From assembly GCA_002269645.1 (NCBI GenBank), contig NIVC01001003.1, forward strand, positions 342,217 to 375,709: a DNA stretch of 33,493 nucleotides, read 5' to 3'. Shown in pieces: positions 30,316-33,493 of this stretch. Under the pieces are notes generated by a model that was not told the origin of the DNA, did not search any database, and worked only from the letters and a program-made list of their open reading frames with translations. The stretch's first letter is position 1. The number at the start of each line of letters is the position of its first letter. This DNA is from Macrostomum lignano. Taxonomy: Eukaryota. The position numbers were made by a program, and so were the translations under genes.

Positions 30316-31368
30316 AAATTGCTTGCATCAAATTATCACTAATTATATAGGGGATTACCAAATTGAGCTCCTGTTAACTCTGTAGGTAATTTTTTGCAGT
30401 TTTTTTTGCTTTATTATCATTTTAGATAGCCTCTAAGACTCGAGTAAAAGTTTTAGAAAAACCAGAAAATTGGACATATTTTATATTCCTAAAGTTCAAG
30501 AAGTCCTAATACTTGTTATTGGCTTAAGAAAGGTATGCTAAACATTGATACAGTACACTATAAATAGCACCAAAAAATGTCATCTTAAAATAGAATGCAA
30601 TACCAAAATTAATTGCAAAATCTATATATAAGAGCAATTTTTTTTAATTTTGTCTTTGTATAATATAAAATAAATAAAATATCATATTTCCAAAACTTGA
30701 TACTCCTTGGTCAAATTTGAATGATAGTTGAATTAGCTACATATAGAATTATAAGGTATAGTACCAAGACCACCACATACCAAGACTGCCACACTTAGGG
30801 AGCTAGGAGAAATTTGGCTCAATGTGTTAATTAGATGGTGCTAGAGAGATGAGTGGATAGGAGAGCTAGCAGGACAAGGCTGTGAGAAAAGAACCTATGA
30901 CTTATGAGAAGAATAGCAATGCTAGAAGATTGGTAGCTCCCCCTCAATACCAGTAATAGCTACGGCGATCTTGGTTCATGATTGTCTTAGTCATGCACCA
31001 ATTATAAAGCTGAAAATAAGCTTTGCAAAATAGAATGCAAGTTTGTCAAAATTCAATGGAAAAGGTATTAACATACAATATAATCAAATATATATTTGGC
31101 ATATATTGATTATTCTATAGAATGCAAATAATAAATAGCTAAAATAGCCATTCTGCTTTTTATATATAGTGACCATAAAAAGCTTTACTTTATTCCTTTT
31201 ACAAGACTTTAACTTTACAAAAATTTTATAGGCTTCTTCAAGTTTATGTTGATAAAATGCTTCCAATTTTTGATTTTTCTAAAATTTTGACCAGACACTT
31301 GGGAGTGCTCAAAATGATAAAAAAAGCAATATAATCACCAAAAAACTACATTCTATAATGGTGCAACC

Positions 31369-31651
31369 CATACATGTGCAACAGTCGGCCGAGTCGACCG
31401 ATTTGGCGGCCAACCAAAGAAGTTGCAAAAATGCCCACCCGAAAAAAACCAAAGTAGTAGTACTAAGTAGCTGACGAGGCATTTTGGCTTAATAATACAG
31501 TTATAGTTACTCCTGCCGTTTACCCAAAGTTGTGGTTATTTTACTTTAGGGTTTTTTACATGTAAGTTGCATTTTTGGCCAAAAACTACGTCGCATTTTT
31601 GTTAAAACTAAGTTGCACGGCCGACCGAATTTTGGAGGTTGCACATGTATG
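31369..31651. mobile_element. hAT-type MITE (283 bp)
   Basis: Perfect 14-bp TIR CATACATGTGCAAC / GTTGCACATGTATG; perfect 8-bp TSD GTGCAACC (31361-31368, 31652-31659); internal inverted GTCGGCC/GGCCGAC motifs. Confidence 0.88.
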
Positions 31652-32139
31652 GTGCAACCTCAGTTTATTAATTGACTATGGTGTCAATGAGAATTCAATA
31701 AAAATTGCTTCAATGAAATTTTATTTAAAAAGGAACCATTTTTGAAACAAAAAATAAGTTAACTTGTTTTGTTAATATAAAATTAAACAATCACAAGTAA
31801 TATTAATCATTTTCCAATTATAATGTATAGTGAATACAAATTACTTTATCTAATTTGATATTCAGTTTTGTTATAATGTCAAATAATTGCCTTGTCATGG
31901 TTTCCTCTTTTTTAAATTTTATGGTTTTTTACGGTTCCTTTATCCTAAAAAACCCCCAAAACATTCCTAATGGCATATGCCTTAGTATTTGGTCATTGAT
32001 CTTCTAGTAGGGTACCCCTCCACTGAGTCTAGAATTTATCAACACTATCTTGAATAGGTCTCCATGCCTCTATTCAAGTTTATGTTGATAAAATCAATCC
32101 CTATGAAGAATCTCCCCACTCTAAAAGGTACCCAGTCAA

Positions 32140-33365
32140 TCCGGCGACAAGATGATCTGGCAACAGACAATCTGGCAATAGTCAATCTGGCAATAGACGA
32201 TCTAGCAACAGATATTAAATCAATGTATATCAGCATATATATGGAACAGTTAAGCTATTATTTTTTGCTTTTTAATCTAGTCTTCTAGTATTCTAAAAAT
32301 GGTAAAATTGTTTGCTTGAATGCTTGTATGCAATCAATTATCTCCAAAAAGGCTCAACCGATTTTCTCCGTTTCTTCGCCAAAAGATGTCAAATGTGCCC
32401 GGGACAGTACATGTATTTTTATTAAGCTCTAGCTCATTGCTAAAGGGATTAAATATTAGAAAAACTGTTTTAAATGGGCTTTTTAATGCAAATTTTATCA
32501 GCCTGCGCGCAGCGAGAGAATTCACAGCCAATTTTAATGATTGCATCGACACCAACTGATAAGAAAACAAACTGCACCCCACTGCCCAGATAATTACTCT
32601 ATTTAACTTGCGTAACCAATTAAGGGGGGGGTATAATAAAAATTCTGGATGCTAGCAGACAGCCTACCCTAGCTAGTCCATATACTAAAAATGAGTTGTT
32701 TGTATGTTTGCTTGTGCGCAATTGATTATCTCCCGAATGGCTCAACTGATTTTGTTTAAACTTGCACCATTCAATCAGAAATTTTTCTATGACGGTACAT
32801 GCATTGTGGCTAAGATATTGCTAGATGCTAAAGGATTAAATATTCAAAAACTAGCTTTTTTGCAAAGTATTACCTATTAATACTAAAATAATTAAATAAA
32901 AATCACATAAAATATAATTCTTGTAGTTATATTTTGATAGCTGTATATGTACATGGCTGTTGATTTTCAAAATGTTATTTGCAAATATAATCAATCATTT
33001 AATCTGCTTGGAAAGCAAGTTTGTATGGCTATGATCAATAATGTTGTATATATTAATATTGTATTTGCTTGACAATATTCAAGAGTCAATCAAACCAAAA
33101 AATACTATTTTGCATTGCAACTTATACATGTTTTTTAACATGTATATGTAACCCGCATTTAATGTAACAAATGCTACATGGATAATAATTATAATTATAT
33201 AATTATAATATATAATAATAATATTATAATAATAAAATGCTAAGAATAATAGCTCAACTAATCTATATAGCTCGTATATGCTAATATACATTGATTTAAT
33301 ATCTGCTGCCAGATTGTCTATTGCTGGGATTGTCGTTGCCAGATTGTCTTGTTGCTAGACTGTCT
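32140..33365. repeat. Long imperfect inverted repeat (arms ~32140-32262 and ~33242-33365) with 15-bp GACAATCTGGCAATA subrepeats
   Basis: The arms share CAGATATTAAATCAATGTATAT(C/T)AGCATATA in opposite orientation. Confidence 0.75.
32290..32860 (+). mobile_element. Two degenerate copies of a Helitron/HINE (Lep1/DINE-like) non-autonomous 5' segment
   Basis: Both ~32290-32480 and ~32680-32860 read TA..CTAAAAATG...TGTTTG...ATTATCTCC..A..GGCTCAAC.GATTTT...CTAAAGG.ATTAAATATT. This resembles the conserved 5' block of invertebrate Helitron-derived MITEs as I recall it; no database check. Confidence 0.4.
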
Positions 33366-33493
33366 AGTCTAGAAGCCCTCTAAAACCCCTTATTCCCTAT
33401 GTTCCAAATGGTTGGTTTTAAGTGCCTAGTATAGTTGGGTTCAAGCTACCAATAAATGAAGCTCAATTTGAAATCAAGCACTATCAAAAACCC

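Noticed and set aside
31470-31495. CTGACGAGGC as a fifth hammerhead core
   Set aside because: No following GAAA box or stem I complement; lies inside the hAT MITE.
29984-33291. Short AT-rich ORFs in the right-hand 3.5 kb
   Set aside because: Low-complexity composition, no recognisable motifs, overlap with repeats.

Overview
Eukaryotic (animal) genomic DNA. The GC-rich Ala/Gln-rich exons and minisatellite-filled introns resemble a Macrostomum-like flatworm, but that is inference. The window is dominated by one minus-strand gene, Mediator subunit MED23. I traced 13 coding exons by hand (28188->4534, GT-AG junctions, consistent phases, 4191 nt = 1396 codons + stop); the ATG-containing first exon was not found. 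Most ORF-track entries are translations of tandem repeats. Almost every intron carries its own minisatellite. One intron holds a young, compact Mag-type Ty3/Gypsy LTR retrotransposon (6406-10693; 213/214-bp LTRs, GCTAC TSD, tRNA-Ser PBS, three frameshifts). The most unusual region is the 7.1-kb intron 19034-26146. It carries four minimal type-I hammerhead-ribozyme motifs (Penelope/retrozyme type), all antisense to MED23, embedded in a repeated ~570-nt module. Between them lie unrelated cargo segments: a LINE RT fragment, a truncated CACTA/EnSpm-like element with its own ORF, and a decayed coding-like segment. Also present: a CORE-SINE fragment, a probable solo LTR, a hAT MITE with 8-bp TSD, G-rich 177-bp repeats and a long inverted repeat near the right end.
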